A stretch of DNA of 64,000 bases. Origin: a virus (lineage: Duplodnaviria > Caudoviricetes). The position numbers and the translations under genes are program-made. Positions 27,743-39,542 of the stretch are shown piece after piece; positions within the stretch are counted from its first letter, which is position 1, and each line of letters opens with the position of its first letter. The notes under the pieces are model-generated. The model was not told the origin of the DNA, did no database searches, and saw only the letters and a program-made list of their open reading frames with translations. The DNA is taken from positions 88,430-152,429 of the IMG/VR virus record IMGVR_UViG_3300001528_000360; one strand, given 5' to 3'.

Positions 27743-29839
27743 TTAGGACTTATACTTAAAATATTTATATGCCTCTTTGATAGGCATAACCTTCTTGCCA
27801 TCTTTCTTGGCTTTATCAATCTTACCAGAAGAACTGTTTTCATCATCACAAATAACAATGTCAACTTTCTTCCCATAAGAATCACAAACTTCAATATTCT
27901 TTTCTTCGAGATAATCTTCAAATTTCTTATCTCTTACTTTTGTAAATACAACATGCATGATATACTCTTTCGTATCATGCTTAATGAGTAATTCCTTTTT
28001 CAAGAATTCAATTAATTCAATATTCATCAAAATACCAACAATAATTTTATTTGCTGACTTTTCCTGAATACCTGGAATTTTTGTTAATTCACTAACTTCA
28101 TGATTCATAGCTATTCTTACTATGTCATCTATATAATATATACTTAAAATCTTTTTAAAAATTTTCGGTCCAATGTCTGGAATACCAATAGAACCTAATA
28201 GATTATAATCGTAAACTGTTCTTCTACTATCAATTCCTTTTAAGATATTTTCAACTGATTTCGTTCCAAAACCTTCAATCTTAGCAATATCACGTTTGTT
28301 ATGCTTTATTTTATATAAGTCTTGAATTGATTTCAAATATCCTAATTCGAATAAAGTACTTACAATTCCAATACTAATACCTCTAATATCCATCTTATCA
28401 AGATAGTTAACAATCTTTCCAATAACTCTCGATGGACAATTATTGTTGACACATCTAAGAATTGGATCATTAATTAACTTTTCTCCACAATATGGACAAT
28501 GTGTAATCGTTGGAATAATCTCATTATTACTTCTTTTACAAGTATCATCTATATAAAGATATGGAATAATGTCATATTTAATTAATACTTCATCACCTTT
28601 ACTAAGATGAAGACTTTCAAATCTATCAATAGAACCTAAAGATACATTAGAAATTGTATTTCCTTCCATCTTTACAGGTTCGATTTTAGCAACAGGAGTT
28701 AAAGCACCTAATAGACCAATAGAGAATGTAACATCAATTAATTTCGTTTTTACAGACTCAGGAGTAAACTTATATGCAACTTCATATTTATTAATTGCAT
28801 CATCTCGTCCTAATGCTTTCTGTAAATTCTTATCTTTAAATTGAATAACAACACCATCAATTGGAATGTCCATTACATCTTTCATATATGCTTTAATAGT
28901 ATTAATACCATTAATCATATGATTCTCATTATTTATCAATGTGTAAATAACAGGATATACCTTTGATGCATCTGGATGTACAATAACTTCTTTTGTTTCA
29001 TAATTTTGCATTCTCAAAGGAACTACAGTAATATATTTCAAATAATCAAATTCTACATCTTGAGAATTGATAATTGAACTTGCTGCAGATCGACAAGACT
29101 TGAATGATCCATATTTCTTACATAACTTATTAAAGTTCTTATATGTAACAATAATTTCACATTTTACTCCAAATTCAACATTACCCCATTCAGGATAAGG
29201 TTCAAATTTTAAAAGCTTAAATAATTTTGTAATTGGAACAGCTTCATTATTTTTAACATTACCTCTGGTTAATGCTTTAATAACTCTTCCATCTGGTGCA
29301 CATTCAAAAATTGCAGATACACCATCAAACTTAGGATATAATGCAACTTCCATTTCTGCATCTATAAGACTTCTTCCAAGTCTATTTTCAGAAGTCTTAA
29401 TAAAGTCTTCAACACTTTTTCTTTTATCTTTTCCTTTTTCTTTATTTGTGAGAAAATGTACTTTATCAAGAGTTCCTCGTAAATCAGGATACTTATGAAA
29501 ATCTTTTTCTCTTAAAGAATCTGCATCTCCACCAACAATATCTCCATTAGAAATCTCATTATAGATCTCATATAATGTGTCATATGTCTCATCATTAATT
29601 GGAGGAAGTACACCGGAATTATTATAAATATTCTGAAGAATACGAATGATCAATTCAATAATCATTACATCTTCAGGACTATACTCTTTATCATAATTAA
29701 TATAATAATTTACTAAATTATTAATTTTGATTCCTTCTAAAACTTTAATCAATTCTTCAAAGTTTTCTGATACTTTACTTTCTTCATAAACTCTGTGTAA
29801 TGACTGAATTAAATTGTTTTTATCAATCATAGTTGCCAC
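27743..29839 (-). CDS. ligA: NAD-dependent DNA ligase
   Basis: KFDG adenylation motif, LTRG, DGVV, AYKF, OB fold, CPYC..C..C zinc finger, HhH, C-terminal BRCT. Confidence 0.93.
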   Translation of the reverse strand: MATMIDKNNLIQSLHRVYEESKVSENFEELIKVLEGIKINNLVNYYINYDKEYSPEDVMIIELIIRILQNIYNNSGVLPPINDETYDTLYEIYNEISNGDIVGGDADSLREKDFHKYPDLRGTLDKVHFLTNKEKGKDKRKSVEDFIKTSENRLGRSLIDAEMEVALYPKFDGVSAIFECAPDGRVIKALTRGNVKNNEAVPITKLFKLLKFEPYPEWGNVEFGVKCEIIVTYKNFNKLCKKYGSFKSCRSAASSIINSQDVEFDYLKYITVVPLRMQNYETKEVIVHPDASKVYPVIYTLINNENHMINGINTIKAYMKDVMDIPIDGVVIQFKDKNLQKALGRDDAINKYEVAYKFTPESVKTKLIDVTFSIGLLGALTPVAKIEPVKMEGNTISNVSLGSIDRFESLHLSKGDEVLIKYDIIPYLYIDDTCKRSNNEIIPTITHCPYCGEKLINDPILRCVNNNCPSRVIGKIVNYLDKMDIRGISIGIVSTLFELGYLKSIQDLYKIKHNKRDIAKIEGFGTKSVENILKGIDSRRTVYDYNLLGSIGIPDIGPKIFKKILSIYYIDDIVRIAMNHEVSELTKIPGIQEKSANKIIVGILMNIELIEFLKKELLIKHDTKEYIMHVVFTKVRDKKFEDYLEEKNIEVCDSYGKKVDIVICDDENSSSGKIDKAKKDGKKVMPIKEAYKYFKYKS

Positions 29840-29954
29840 ATCCTTACGTAGTATTTATTGCTCTATTACTATAATAATATATATTTCATTTTATTTTTGA
29901 TTTTTACTACAAAAAAATACGGGCGGATAAAACCACCCGTATTTTTCTTTTAAG

Positions 29955-30677
29955 TTACGCAGACTTCTCTTCCTTATACCGATCTCGGATCTCCTTCTCG
30001 ATTTCTGCATCTTCCTTTTCAAGATCCTTACAATACTTCTCTGCCTTGGCAATGGCACGATCAATACTGCTGGTCCAATTATTGATAACATCGAGAATAG
30101 GATTTCCAGTAGAAGAGAGTTTCTCATCCTTATGTTTATCCTTCTTCTTATTCTTTGTGATATCACTCAGAATAATCGGATCATTCTTCTCTTCCATCTC
30201 ATCGTCTACCTCAGTATTAGAGGCCTCGTTATGAGACTTATTGTCTTCTTCATCCTTGATCTCGAAGGATTCATCTCCGAGGATGATAACATCCACGGGC
30301 TTATCAGTTTCCACTACCTTCTGCTGAGAAATCATAAATACAGCAGCTTCCTCAACCGGATCAAGCTCTTCAGCTTCGGTTACCTGTGTATTCTGATTTT
30401 CGATAGTGGGCTTCTTGTTATTACGTTCACGATTCCTACGACTGTTCTTCATGATGCTGTTACCTCCATCAATAATAAATCTAATTTCGTCATAAGATTT
30501 GTTTTCACTTGCTAATTGGATAATTTCTTCTGCGTTTTCTTTTTCATACCAGTTCATGTATGTTAACAAGCTCTGGTACTCTCTACTCTCTAACAGATCA
30601 TCTCTGTCATACTTTCTGAGTAAAGTATTGAGACGTTTGATTGTCTCCTCTTTGATGAATGCTTTCTGTTTTCCCAA
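29955..30677 (-). CDS. Charged hypothetical protein
   Basis: 240-aa ORF, TTG start, RBS. Confidence 0.65.
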   Translation of the reverse strand: MGKQKAFIKEETIKRLNTLLRKYDRDDLLESREYQSLLTYMNWYEKENAEEIIQLASENKSYDEIRFIIDGGNSIMKNSRRNRERNNKKPTIENQNTQVTEAEELDPVEEAAVFMISQQKVVETDKPVDVIILGDESFEIKDEEDNKSHNEASNTEVDDEMEEKNDPIILSDITKNKKKDKHKDEKLSSTGNPILDVINNWTSSIDRAIAKAEKYCKDLEKEDAEIEKEIRDRYKEEKSA

Positions 30678-30695
30678 TTGATCACTTCCTTCTTT

Positions 30696-31025
30696 TTATT
30701 GATTAAATATATATGAACGGATGCACTCATTTTTATCTAAAAATGTATCCGGATCTTCTACTCTTTCCAATTGTATTAATAAACTGATAATCTTTTCCCG
30801 TTTATCTTCCATATCCATATAGAATATTTGTGATATACGTTCTTTTATCATACTAGCAGTTTTATCTCTTGCTAATACAACATTAGATTCTCTTCTTACT
30901 TGTATAACTGGAACTTTGACACTCATAGATTGTACACCTTGCACAGTTTGCACACTAGTTGTTTTCATCAAAGAGTCATAGCAAACTGATAGTACTAAAG
31001 CTATTAATAACATTAATATTTCCAT
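30696..31025 (-). CDS. Membrane-anchored/secreted hypothetical protein
   Basis: Hydrophobic N-terminus; early promoter motif at 31073-31082. Confidence 0.6.
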   Translation of the reverse strand: MEILMLLIALVLSVCYDSLMKTTSVQTVQGVQSMSVKVPVIQVRRESNVVLARDKTASMIKERISQIFYMDMEDKREKIISLLIQLERVEDPDTFLDKNECIRSYIFNQ

Positions 31026-31155
31026 ATACTAATCAGTCTCCCTTATATTTATATTTTCTTCTATATACTATAATAATATATATCTCAAATTCTTATTAAA
31101 ACGATTTATTTAAAATAGTCCACATAGGGTATTTCTCCCTATGTGGACATATTAT

Positions 31156-34100
31156 TTACAACTTAATATCAATTACATAATTATCTCTTCTCATCTTCGC
31201 ATCTTCAAATTCAGTATCAACTAATTTCAAAAATTCTTCATCTGTTCCAACGAAACAAACATCATCACGATATTTCTTAAGAATTTTATCTTTTAGTTTA
31301 ATGTCTTCATACTCTTTACGAGTAGAGATAATATACATAGTATCAGACTCAAAAGATTCAAGATTATCTGAATAAATAGGAATATCATAATAGTCATCTA
31401 GGTATTCGATCTTCAATCCCATTGCCTTTAGATAAGCTTGAAGTATCTCTACATTTCTATTAGTGAAATTACCACTCTTCTTAAAATCTTTTAAAGTCTT
31501 TACAGTTGTTGCTAGTTGCTTTCCAATGTCTCTACGTCCAATAACACTTGAACGATAAAACATATGAAGTTTAGCAACTTCCTCAGGATCTACACCGATA
31601 AGACTGTTTATATTTTCTTGCAAAATCTTCACATAAGTTCGTTAATCTTATGCAGTTCTCTTATGAACTTCTCTATATCTCTATAGAAGTTGAGACTATA
31701 TCTTCATCCTTATAATAAATAAGGAGCTCTCCATTTCCACTCACTTGAGTGTACTCCTACAATAGGATAGTCGTTGAACCTATATCTAAATATTTATTAT
31801 TTTAATCTTCCGTTATACAGGTTATAGATATAGTATTGGAAACGTTTTGGGGTTAAATTCAATTCAGGATATTTATTACACATAATTCTACTCACCTCAG
31901 CTTTAGTATTTCCAGCATCTACTAATTCTTTAATCTCATTAACAAATTTATCTGAAAATTTTACATTACAACCATTTTCTCCAACTTTAGTCTTAAGTTT
32001 ATTATCAAATAATCCTGTTCTAAAAGCATGTTTCATATTTTCATCATGAGTTACCCACTCAAGATTATATATAGAATTATTTGATTTATCACCATCAATA
32101 TGATTAACGAATTGCTTATTATCTAGATTAGGAATGAATTCATATGCAACCAATCTATGTATAAATACAAATGTTGAATGCTTCTTCTTACCTGAGGATA
32201 ATGATACTGCATAGTATCCTTTTTTAGTCTTTTTTGGTTTAAGATATTTATTTGTCTTAGTATTATAAACGTTCCCATTACTATCTATAGTATACATATC
32301 TGGTTTAACACCAGGATATGATATATATTTTTCTATACCAGGAATTTGTACTAACATATTTCATAATTAAATATTTAGATATTTTAGCTGCGGATTGTCT
32401 CTATCCATAACCTTATTACTATACCTAAGGAATTACCCTTCGCCATTTATATATTTCTATATAAATTTAGTAGTTATAGCTTAACAAGATGTCCCCGCAA
32501 TTAAAAGAGTGCTAATTAATATATTACTATATTAATGCAACCAATTATAATATAATCGCCAATTCTTATAGGGGTGCTAGAATACAGATCCTGATGAATT
32601 TTATTCTTAAATGATTTTTCAGGAACACCTTTCTTATTAAGGGATCCTGTAGACCTTGCTGAGAAACCTTTCTTAGAAGATTGCTTAAGCTTAATCATAT
32701 AGAGATCGCCAACAATCAAAGGTTTCATGATCTTAATCTTTCTACCCCATCTGTTAACATAAACATCTACAGGTTTGATAAAATCATAATCTTTATAGAT
32801 ATTTCTGATTCTATCAAACATAGGTTCTTTTTCTTCCCAGAATGGAGGCATATGAATATAAATTCCTCTTTCATCAACATCGTTAAAGAAATCTTTCTTT
32901 CCTTTAGAAGATAGATTCTTATAGTAAGTCTTTAATACTTTTTCTTCTTTTTCATTAAGACGTTTAATGATATCAAAGAATAAAGTTTCTTTTTCTTTTA
33001 AAGTTTTAAATTCCCTAAGTTTTTCTACAACTCTATTACAGATAAAGTTGATACTTAACTCATATAACTGTAAACTGTTCAAGCGATTTATGACACCTAA
33101 CGCGTTAAGCATGACTTCAACACGTTCACCATTTTCTAAATAAGGCATTTGATCATCAGGTAAAATCTTACTGACGACACCTTTGTTACCCTGTCGGCCT
33201 GTACATTTATCTTCATATAAGATCGTTACTCTTATACCGTTCTCTTATGAACTGCTCTAATTTACATTAGAGATGAGACTATATCTTTATCCTATTAGGA
33301 TATTTCTCATTTCCACTCACTTAAGTGTACGTGCTAAACACTAGTCGTTGAACCTTACTCTTAAAAATTATAATTACAAGAAATAGTTTTCCAACTTCTT
33401 CTATGTCTAATATGATCTATCAGTTTATACAGCTGTGGATTTGAACTTTTATTATGAAATCCAAAAGTTTTCATAATTTGCATATTTGAATAACCTTCTT
33501 GTAAAAATTCACAAATTCTTATAACTTCATTTTTTGAAAATACATTCAAATAATGATCTTCTCCACATTTTATATTTCCTTCAAAAACTCCATAAATACT
33601 ATTCATTTTACTACTTACCCATTCTAAATTTCCAGCAAAATTATTTTTAGTATTGGAGTCTAAATGATTAGGAATGTATCCTTCTTTATATCCTTTACAA
33701 AATTCCCAAGCTACTAATCTATGAATAGATCTATTCGTTTGATCTTTGCTACTATATTCTGGATCATTCGCTAATGCAATTCTAAGATATTCTTTGTGTT
33801 CAAAAGGTTTTTTAATATTACCAGTTTTAATATTACGAATTTTTCCATAATTACTAATTTCATATACACCTTTTTTAACTCCAGGATATGTCAGAGGTTT
33901 ATATACTTCTTTTGTATAAATTAATACTACCATATTATAATATCCTTTCATTTTTAAGAGTCTTGGCTGCTGATTATCTTATAAAAGATTTTCCAGCAAT
34001 TAGAGAAAATTCATTTATATATTACTATATAAATGGACTATAATTAATCTTCTGGCCTATAGTTAATGGTGAATCTCTTTCAATTAAAAATTCAATAACC

Positions 34101-36176
34101 ATGTTATTGAATACTGAGGTTTCTTCTTTCCACTTCACATCTGGGTTAAGGATATCCTTAGCCTTTTTATAATAGAAAGCAATATCGGAAGAATATTTAC
34201 TTCCACTTGTAATGATCTCTTTACATGTATCTAAAACTTTTTCATAAAAGTTTGTTTGCATAATTAAATACTTACGAATCTGATGATTGAAAGCATTGTC
34301 AGGAACTTCATCCAATGTTTTATTACAATAGATGATAATATCTTTAACAACACCATCAATATAATACAGATTATCATTCATAAAATTAATTTTACGAAGA
34401 TTAGATTTCTTTAAATCATATAAAACCTGATTATTAAAGATTCGTCTTTTAGCACAAAGTATTTTATCTTTAGTGTTTTCACCAATATCGGGAAATGCTT
34501 TATAATAATCTGCATTACCATAAATATTGCAGAGTATGTCGTTGTCGTTCAAACTAACTTTTACCGTCTCAATCTCTTTACTAACAAGACGTTTTGCAAA
34601 AGACTCTGAACAAACTATTGCATCCTCTATAGTGTGATTCTCTATCATATAGAGAACTTTTACATTTGTTCCCATTCTATAATTCATATCTTCATCATAT
34701 GATGTAGACTTATATAGAACTTCACCTTTTTCGATATGGTCTCCAACTTCTTTTTCATCCATTGCTGTATTGTCATAACCATATCCAAATTTTTCAGTTA
34801 AATCTTCATTAATCATCTTAGTAATAACATCATATCTATCATTCTTTTTATCATAAGTAAATAAAAGATAAAGATGATTATTCAGATTACCATTTTCAAA
34901 TCTAGGAATTTTTGCATATACTTCTAGATCTGTCTTAGCTTGATAATAACCGGTAGATAATTTACCAACACTATTTTCATAGTTAGTAAATACCTTTGGA
35001 ACATCAGGATTCACTAGATTAACAAACTGACGCAGGTGACTTGTAAACCAATATCTTCATATAAGATCGTTACTCTTATACCGTCTATTTAAAGACTGCT
35101 CTATATTACTATAGAGATGAGACTATATCTTCATCCTTAGATGAAGTTTTTCATCTAAGGAGTCTCCAATTTCCACTCACTTGAATGTACTAATAGTCGT
35201 TGAACCTTTACATTTTATCTTTAATTCTATATATAGCTTTTCTTGTAATATTACTATATTCTAAATTAAGTATATTACAAATTTTTCTAGGTTTAATATC
35301 AGGATTATTAATAAATAATATTTTAATTTTTTCAGAAGTATCATTATCAAATGAAAATATTTTAGGTTTATAATTATCTGGATTAATATTATATTTTGAT
35401 GAAATATTAGATCTTGTTCCATAAAATAAAATATCTCTTATAGCATGATATGAAATACCTGTTACTTCCATGATTTCAGAAATAGATACATTATCTTCTA
35501 ACATACTACATACATTTTCTATAAGTTCATCTGAGTATATTGTAAAATTGCATTTATCTCCATATTTTGGATTACAACAGTTTCTATCCCATGCATCATT
35601 TACATTTTCTCTATCTGTAGCCCACTCTAAATTAGTAACCTTATTATTATTCTTATTTCCATCAATATGATTAACTGTGCGTTTATTTTCAGGATTTGGA
35701 ATAAATGTTTCTGCAACTAATCTATGTGCCATCTTATAATATTTTTTACCATTATGAACTAAATTTACACCATTGTAACCAGTATATTTATTAATGGGTA
35801 TTTTTATTTCATTATTGGTATTCATATTAAAAAGACGACCATCAGATGAAATTATATACATAGTTTTTTCACCATTAATATAAACCCATTTAAAATCAAC
35901 TTCTTCTGTTTTTATAAATATTATCATATTCTCCCTCCTTTTTATTTTATATATAGATAAAATGTACTTGGCTGCTGATTATCTCAATGAGATTTTCCAG
36001 CAATTAAGGAGATTTGTCTATTATATTACTATAATAGGTCACATTTATTTTATGACATTACGACTGGAACTAATGTATCCAGGATTAGTCAAGAGCGTCA
36101 TACCGAATATATCATCGGTAAAATGAAATTCTTTTTCTTTCTGTTCTAGTGCTTCTTTTAAGTTTAAGGTTGACAT
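31156..36176 (-). CDS. rpoB: Phage RNA polymerase beta C-terminal-half subunit (4 exons, ~746 aa)
   Basis: Exons 36176-36052, 35048-34047, 33203-32555, 31620-31156 restore SSRNVMFTSHLRQ, IEDAI, GQKITGRQGNKGVVSKI, YMIKLKQ and RIGDQE. Confidence 0.9.
31621..32554 (-). mobile_element. Group I intron with HNH gene
   Basis: P AATTGCGGG, Q AATCCGCAG, R and S present; junction RIGD|QEN. Confidence 0.9.
31797..32357 (-). CDS. Intron-encoded HNH homing endonuclease
   Basis: HRLVAYEFI..VNHIDGDKSNN..NLEWVT..EN. Confidence 0.92.
   Translation of the reverse strand: MLVQIPGIEKYISYPGVKPDMYTIDSNGNVYNTKTNKYLKPKKTKKGYYAVSLSSGKKKHSTFVFIHRLVAYEFIPNLDNKQFVNHIDGDKSNNSIYNLEWVTHDENMKHAFRTGLFDNKLKTKVGENGCNVKFSDKFVNEIKELVDAGNTKAEVSRIMCNKYPELNLTPKRFQYYIYNLYNGRLK
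33204..34046 (-). mobile_element. Group I intron with HNH gene
   Basis: P/Q/R/S core; junction GQKI|TGRQG. Confidence 0.9.
33361..33951 (-). CDS. Intron-encoded HNH homing endonuclease
   Basis: YEISNYGKI, HRLVAWEF, NHLDSNTKNN..NLEWVS. Confidence 0.9.
   Translation of the reverse strand: MKGYYNMVVLIYTKEVYKPLTYPGVKKGVYEISNYGKIRNIKTGNIKKPFEHKEYLRIALANDPEYSSKDQTNRSIHRLVAWEFCKGYKEGYIPNHLDSNTKNNFAGNLEWVSSKMNSIYGVFEGNIKCGEDHYLNVFSKNEVIRICEFLQEGYSNMQIMKTFGFHNKSSNPQLYKLIDHIRHRRSWKTISCNYNF
35049..36051 (-). mobile_element. Group I intron with HNH gene
   Basis: P/Q/R/S core; P1 GUCAU/GUGAC; junction AT|G restores Met. Confidence 0.9.
35208..35927 (-). CDS. Intron-encoded HNH homing endonuclease
   Basis: HRLVAETFIPNP..VNHIDGNKNNN..NLEW. 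Confidence 0.92.
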   Translation of the reverse strand: MIIFIKTEEVDFKWVYINGEKTMYIISSDGRLFNMNTNNEIKIPINKYTGYNGVNLVHNGKKYYKMAHRLVAETFIPNPENKRTVNHIDGNKNNNKVTNLEWATDRENVNDAWDRNCCNPKYGDKCNFTIYSDELIENVCSMLEDNVSISEIMEVTGISYHAIRDILFYGTRSNISSKYNINPDNYKPKIFSFDNDTSEKIKILFINNPDIKPRKICNILNLEYSNITRKAIYRIKDKM

Positions 36177-36254
36177 AGATCTACCTTCCTTTTATTTAAT
36201 TTAATAAATTAGAGAGTGTAGATTTTATTCTACACTCTCTAAATCCATTTCGGT

Positions 36255-36527
36255 TTAGTTAGATACTACAGTATAATCTTTGGGTTTAGAATTAGCAATA
36301 TACCAATTATCTAATTCAATAAGATTCTCTTTAGGAACCTCATCAGCAATGATATCAGTAATTCTATGAAATCTTTCAATCCCAGGAAGATTATTCTTAA
36401 TAAAAGTTTTTAATTCTTCTTTATTGTCATAAGGAATCTTTTCATTTCTTTTCCAGAAAATCAAAGCATCGTCACGTGGCATCTTAATACAAATCTGATA
36501 ATAATATTCATTCGTATTGATAGCCAA
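36255..36527 (-). CDS. Hypothetical protein
   Basis: 90-aa ORF; early promoter motif at 36569-36578. Confidence 0.6.
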   Translation of the reverse strand: MAINTNEYYYQICIKMPRDDALIFWKRNEKIPYDNKEELKTFIKNNLPGIERFHRITDIIADEVPKENLIELDNWYIANSKPKDYTVVSN

Positions 36528-36591
36528 AGCATTTCAACTCCTTCTATATTTTCTTTGCCACTATGGGTATAATATATACTTTAAATATATT

Positions 36592-39040
36592 TTAACATTC
36601 AGGTTCAGGTTCAATGGGATCCTCATTAGGCTTAACATAAGAAAGCATATCTTCTAAATACGGAGTAACAGAATCCATTAAAGTCTTCTTAAGTTCATCA
36701 CTTTCATTGAAGCATTCCCTGAATTTTCTACTATCAAATTTAATATCTTTATTAGTCTTAAAATATCTATAGGGATTACGACCATCAATCATATTATTAT
36801 CAGAAGCAAACTGATAAAGAGTTAAAATAGGATCAAATCCAGTTAATTGATTATAAATTAAATTACATGATTGTCCAGACTTATTAGAACGAGATTTAAT
36901 TAATTCAGCTCGAACCATAAATCCATCAAATCCATCATCTTCTTTTTTAAACTTAGTAGAAGATACAAATTTAATTAATGTATTAGCATAATATAAAGGA
37001 GCGGTACCACCTGGATGTAGGTACATTTATATATGTTTCCATATAAAACAGACTATATCTTCATTTTATATTCTATTACCAAATATAAAATGCTCTCCAC
37101 TTCCACTCTCTATACAGAGTGTACTCTACTTGCTTCTTCTCATAGATATTTCTTCTATGATATGCTTTCGATAGTCGTTGAACTTTCTAGTAATTATAAT
37201 TATTACAAATAAATTTCCATCTTTCTTTTTTATATATTTTTCTTAGAGAATTAATATTTGAAGCTGTTACGGGTAATGATAAATATTCTAGACAATGAAT
37301 ACAGTGTTGTCTTAAACTTTCATTATCATCTTTAGAATTATTCTGAAAATATTTACATATATTATGAATATCATCAAATGAAAATACTTTAGATATTTTT
37401 TCAGTTTTAAAATCTAAATTATATTTAGATGATATTTCTTTCCATGCTCTACCTTGTTTAATAGATTCTACAATTCCTACAGTTGTTCCAACAAGTTTAG
37501 CAATATCCTTTTGCATATACATTCTGGATTCTAGATATTTGCATATTTGTTCAGCTTGTTGTGTAGTGATAGTTGCACAACAATGTGATTCGCTATGTGC
37601 AGGATGTAATAAACCAGAATCTCTAGCATGAATAGAATTACCTTTAATATCAGTCCATTCTAAATTATATAAAAATGAATTTAATTTATTACCATCTAAA
37701 TGATTTACTACTTTTCCTTTATAATCATCTAATGGATTAAAAACCATCATTAGTATTCTATGTAATGTAACATCTCGTTGTCTAGTTGTTTTACATGCAC
37801 ATGTAAATACATAATAACCGGTATGTTTATTAACTTTCATTTTTAAGATCTTTTTACTAATAAGACTGTACACTCTAGAATAATTAGATATATAATACCC
37901 GTCTTTTATATCTGGAATTTCATTCTCTGTAATTGGTAGAAATATTTCAAGTGGAAATTTTTCTAAAGAATCTAATTCTTTATTTTGAGATACATTAAAT
38001 TTTTTAATATATGACTCAATATCTTTAATCATAATAATAATTCTCCTTGTATTTATAACATAATGCATTTATTATTATGTTATAAATACATTTTATAATT
38101 ACTAGCTTAGTTGCGGATTGTCCAATCTTTTAATTTATTACTATACCTTAGATAGTTAGTCTAAGCCACCATAATATTACTATTATAGTTTAGTATTAAA
38201 AGCTCTAAGGAGTTTCCCGCAGTTCAGAGAGTTTTTTATAGAGTCCCCTCCAGGATTTTATTTAAGGGACTCATCTTGCTTAAGGTACATAAGTTGTGAT
38301 TGTGTCTTAGCAAAAGCACTTACTTCAATCTTTACATTGATATGATTAATAGCAAAGATTGTAATATTGTATGTTTTAATAATAGGCATAAGACGACTAT
38401 AAAATTGCTTTAATTGTTTAGCAGCTCTCATAGCATCTGTCTGTCCCTTCATTTCCTCTTCTCCTTCAGTTTCTCTAGAAGCTAAAGTAGGAATAGAGTC
38501 AACGATAACAATAGTAGGGACATATGCTCTGATAGGATTATTAAATTCATCAACATTACCAGTATCATACATAAAAGACTTCTTATCAGATTCTTTCATA
38601 TTAGCAATGCTGATAATACTATCAAAGATATCTTCAATATAATTCTTCTCTTGTCTTAATACAAATTTATTATTAAGCTCTTCTTGAGTAGCTCCAGTAA
38701 TATTTTTAATTCGTGTATAATTCAATGCTTGCTCTAAATCATAACAGAGAACAAAAGCATCATCACTAAAATTCTTTACCATATTATATGCACTTTGGAG
38801 AACCCAGGTTGTCTTAGCAACACCGGACTTTCCAATAACAGTTACAAATGTACCACCAGTAATACCAATGGCAGGGTACTCACCAATTAGTTTTTCATTA
38901 ATATCCATTACCTTAACTTTATATCCATTAAGGTAATCAAATGTGGAGAATCCTGTAGGATAGTTAACTGAAACCTGAGAAGAATTAAATAATCCTTTCT
39001 TATCCTTCTCACGTAATCTATCGAGTAAACGATTTGCCAT
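36592..39040 (-). CDS. recA: RecA/UvsX-like recombinase (2 exons, ~399 aa)
   Basis: GKSGVAKTT, DLE, IVDS, INH; exons 39040-38265 and 37015-36592 give ESLPGGTAPLYYA, matching RecA ETTPGGxALKFYA. Confidence 0.88.
37016..38264 (-). mobile_element. Group I intron with HNH gene in recA
   Basis: Strong P1 GAGUCCCU/GGGGACUC; Q, R and S present; 3' end predicted from P10. Confidence 0.85.
37187..38068 (-). CDS. Intron-encoded HNH homing endonuclease
   Basis: YYISNYSRV, LHRILM, VVNHLDGNKLN..NLEW; true start probably ~38032. Confidence 0.88.
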   Translation of the reverse strand: MHYVINTRRIIIMIKDIESYIKKFNVSQNKELDSLEKFPLEIFLPITENEIPDIKDGYYISNYSRVYSLISKKILKMKVNKHTGYYVFTCACKTTRQRDVTLHRILMMVFNPLDDYKGKVVNHLDGNKLNSFLYNLEWTDIKGNSIHARDSGLLHPAHSESHCCATITTQQAEQICKYLESRMYMQKDIAKLVGTTVGIVESIKQGRAWKEISSKYNLDFKTEKISKVFSFDDIHNICKYFQNNSKDDNESLRQHCIHCLEYLSLPVTASNINSLRKIYKKERWKFICNNYNY

Positions 39041-39059
39041 ACTCTTTCTCCTTTTTTCA

Positions 39060-39392
39060 TTAATAATATTTATGTTTTGGTTTCGAAAAATGTATTGTAA
39101 ATTTTCGTTGTCTTTTTAATAATTCTCTTGTATATGAGAATCCTTCTTCCGTTAATTTATCTATAAATGCAGCAACGATCTGATTAAAGAATGCCAGATC
39201 ATTATCATCAATTTCTAATTCATATATAATTGAAGTCCCTCCACGTAAAGCTTCTTCTTCAGCTTTTAATATCATCTTTTTAAATTCTAAATCTCTTATA
39301 TATAAAATTCTTTCAAATGTATCTACACTTTTATAAATTTTATATAATCTTTCAGCTTCCGGTAATTTCTTTTTTCTAAATACTTCAAACAT
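39060..39392 (-). CDS. Hypothetical protein
   Basis: GGAGG RBS before ATG 39392 (MFEVF...); AACA-N6-TA at 39417-39428. Confidence 0.65.
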   Translation of the reverse strand: MFEVFRKKKLPEAERLYKIYKSVDTFERILYIRDLEFKKMILKAEEEALRGGTSIIYELEIDDNDLAFFNQIVAAFIDKLTEEGFSYTRELLKRQRKFTIHFSKPKHKYY

Positions 39393-39542
39393 GTATATTC
39401 CTCCAATTATATAGTTTAATATTTTGTTACTATAAGAATTAAATCTCATTTTTTGAAAAAGAATATCAGACATGTGCGAATAAACGCACATGTCTGATAC
39501 CATGTATATATAAACAGCACAAACTGTACTGTTGACTATATA

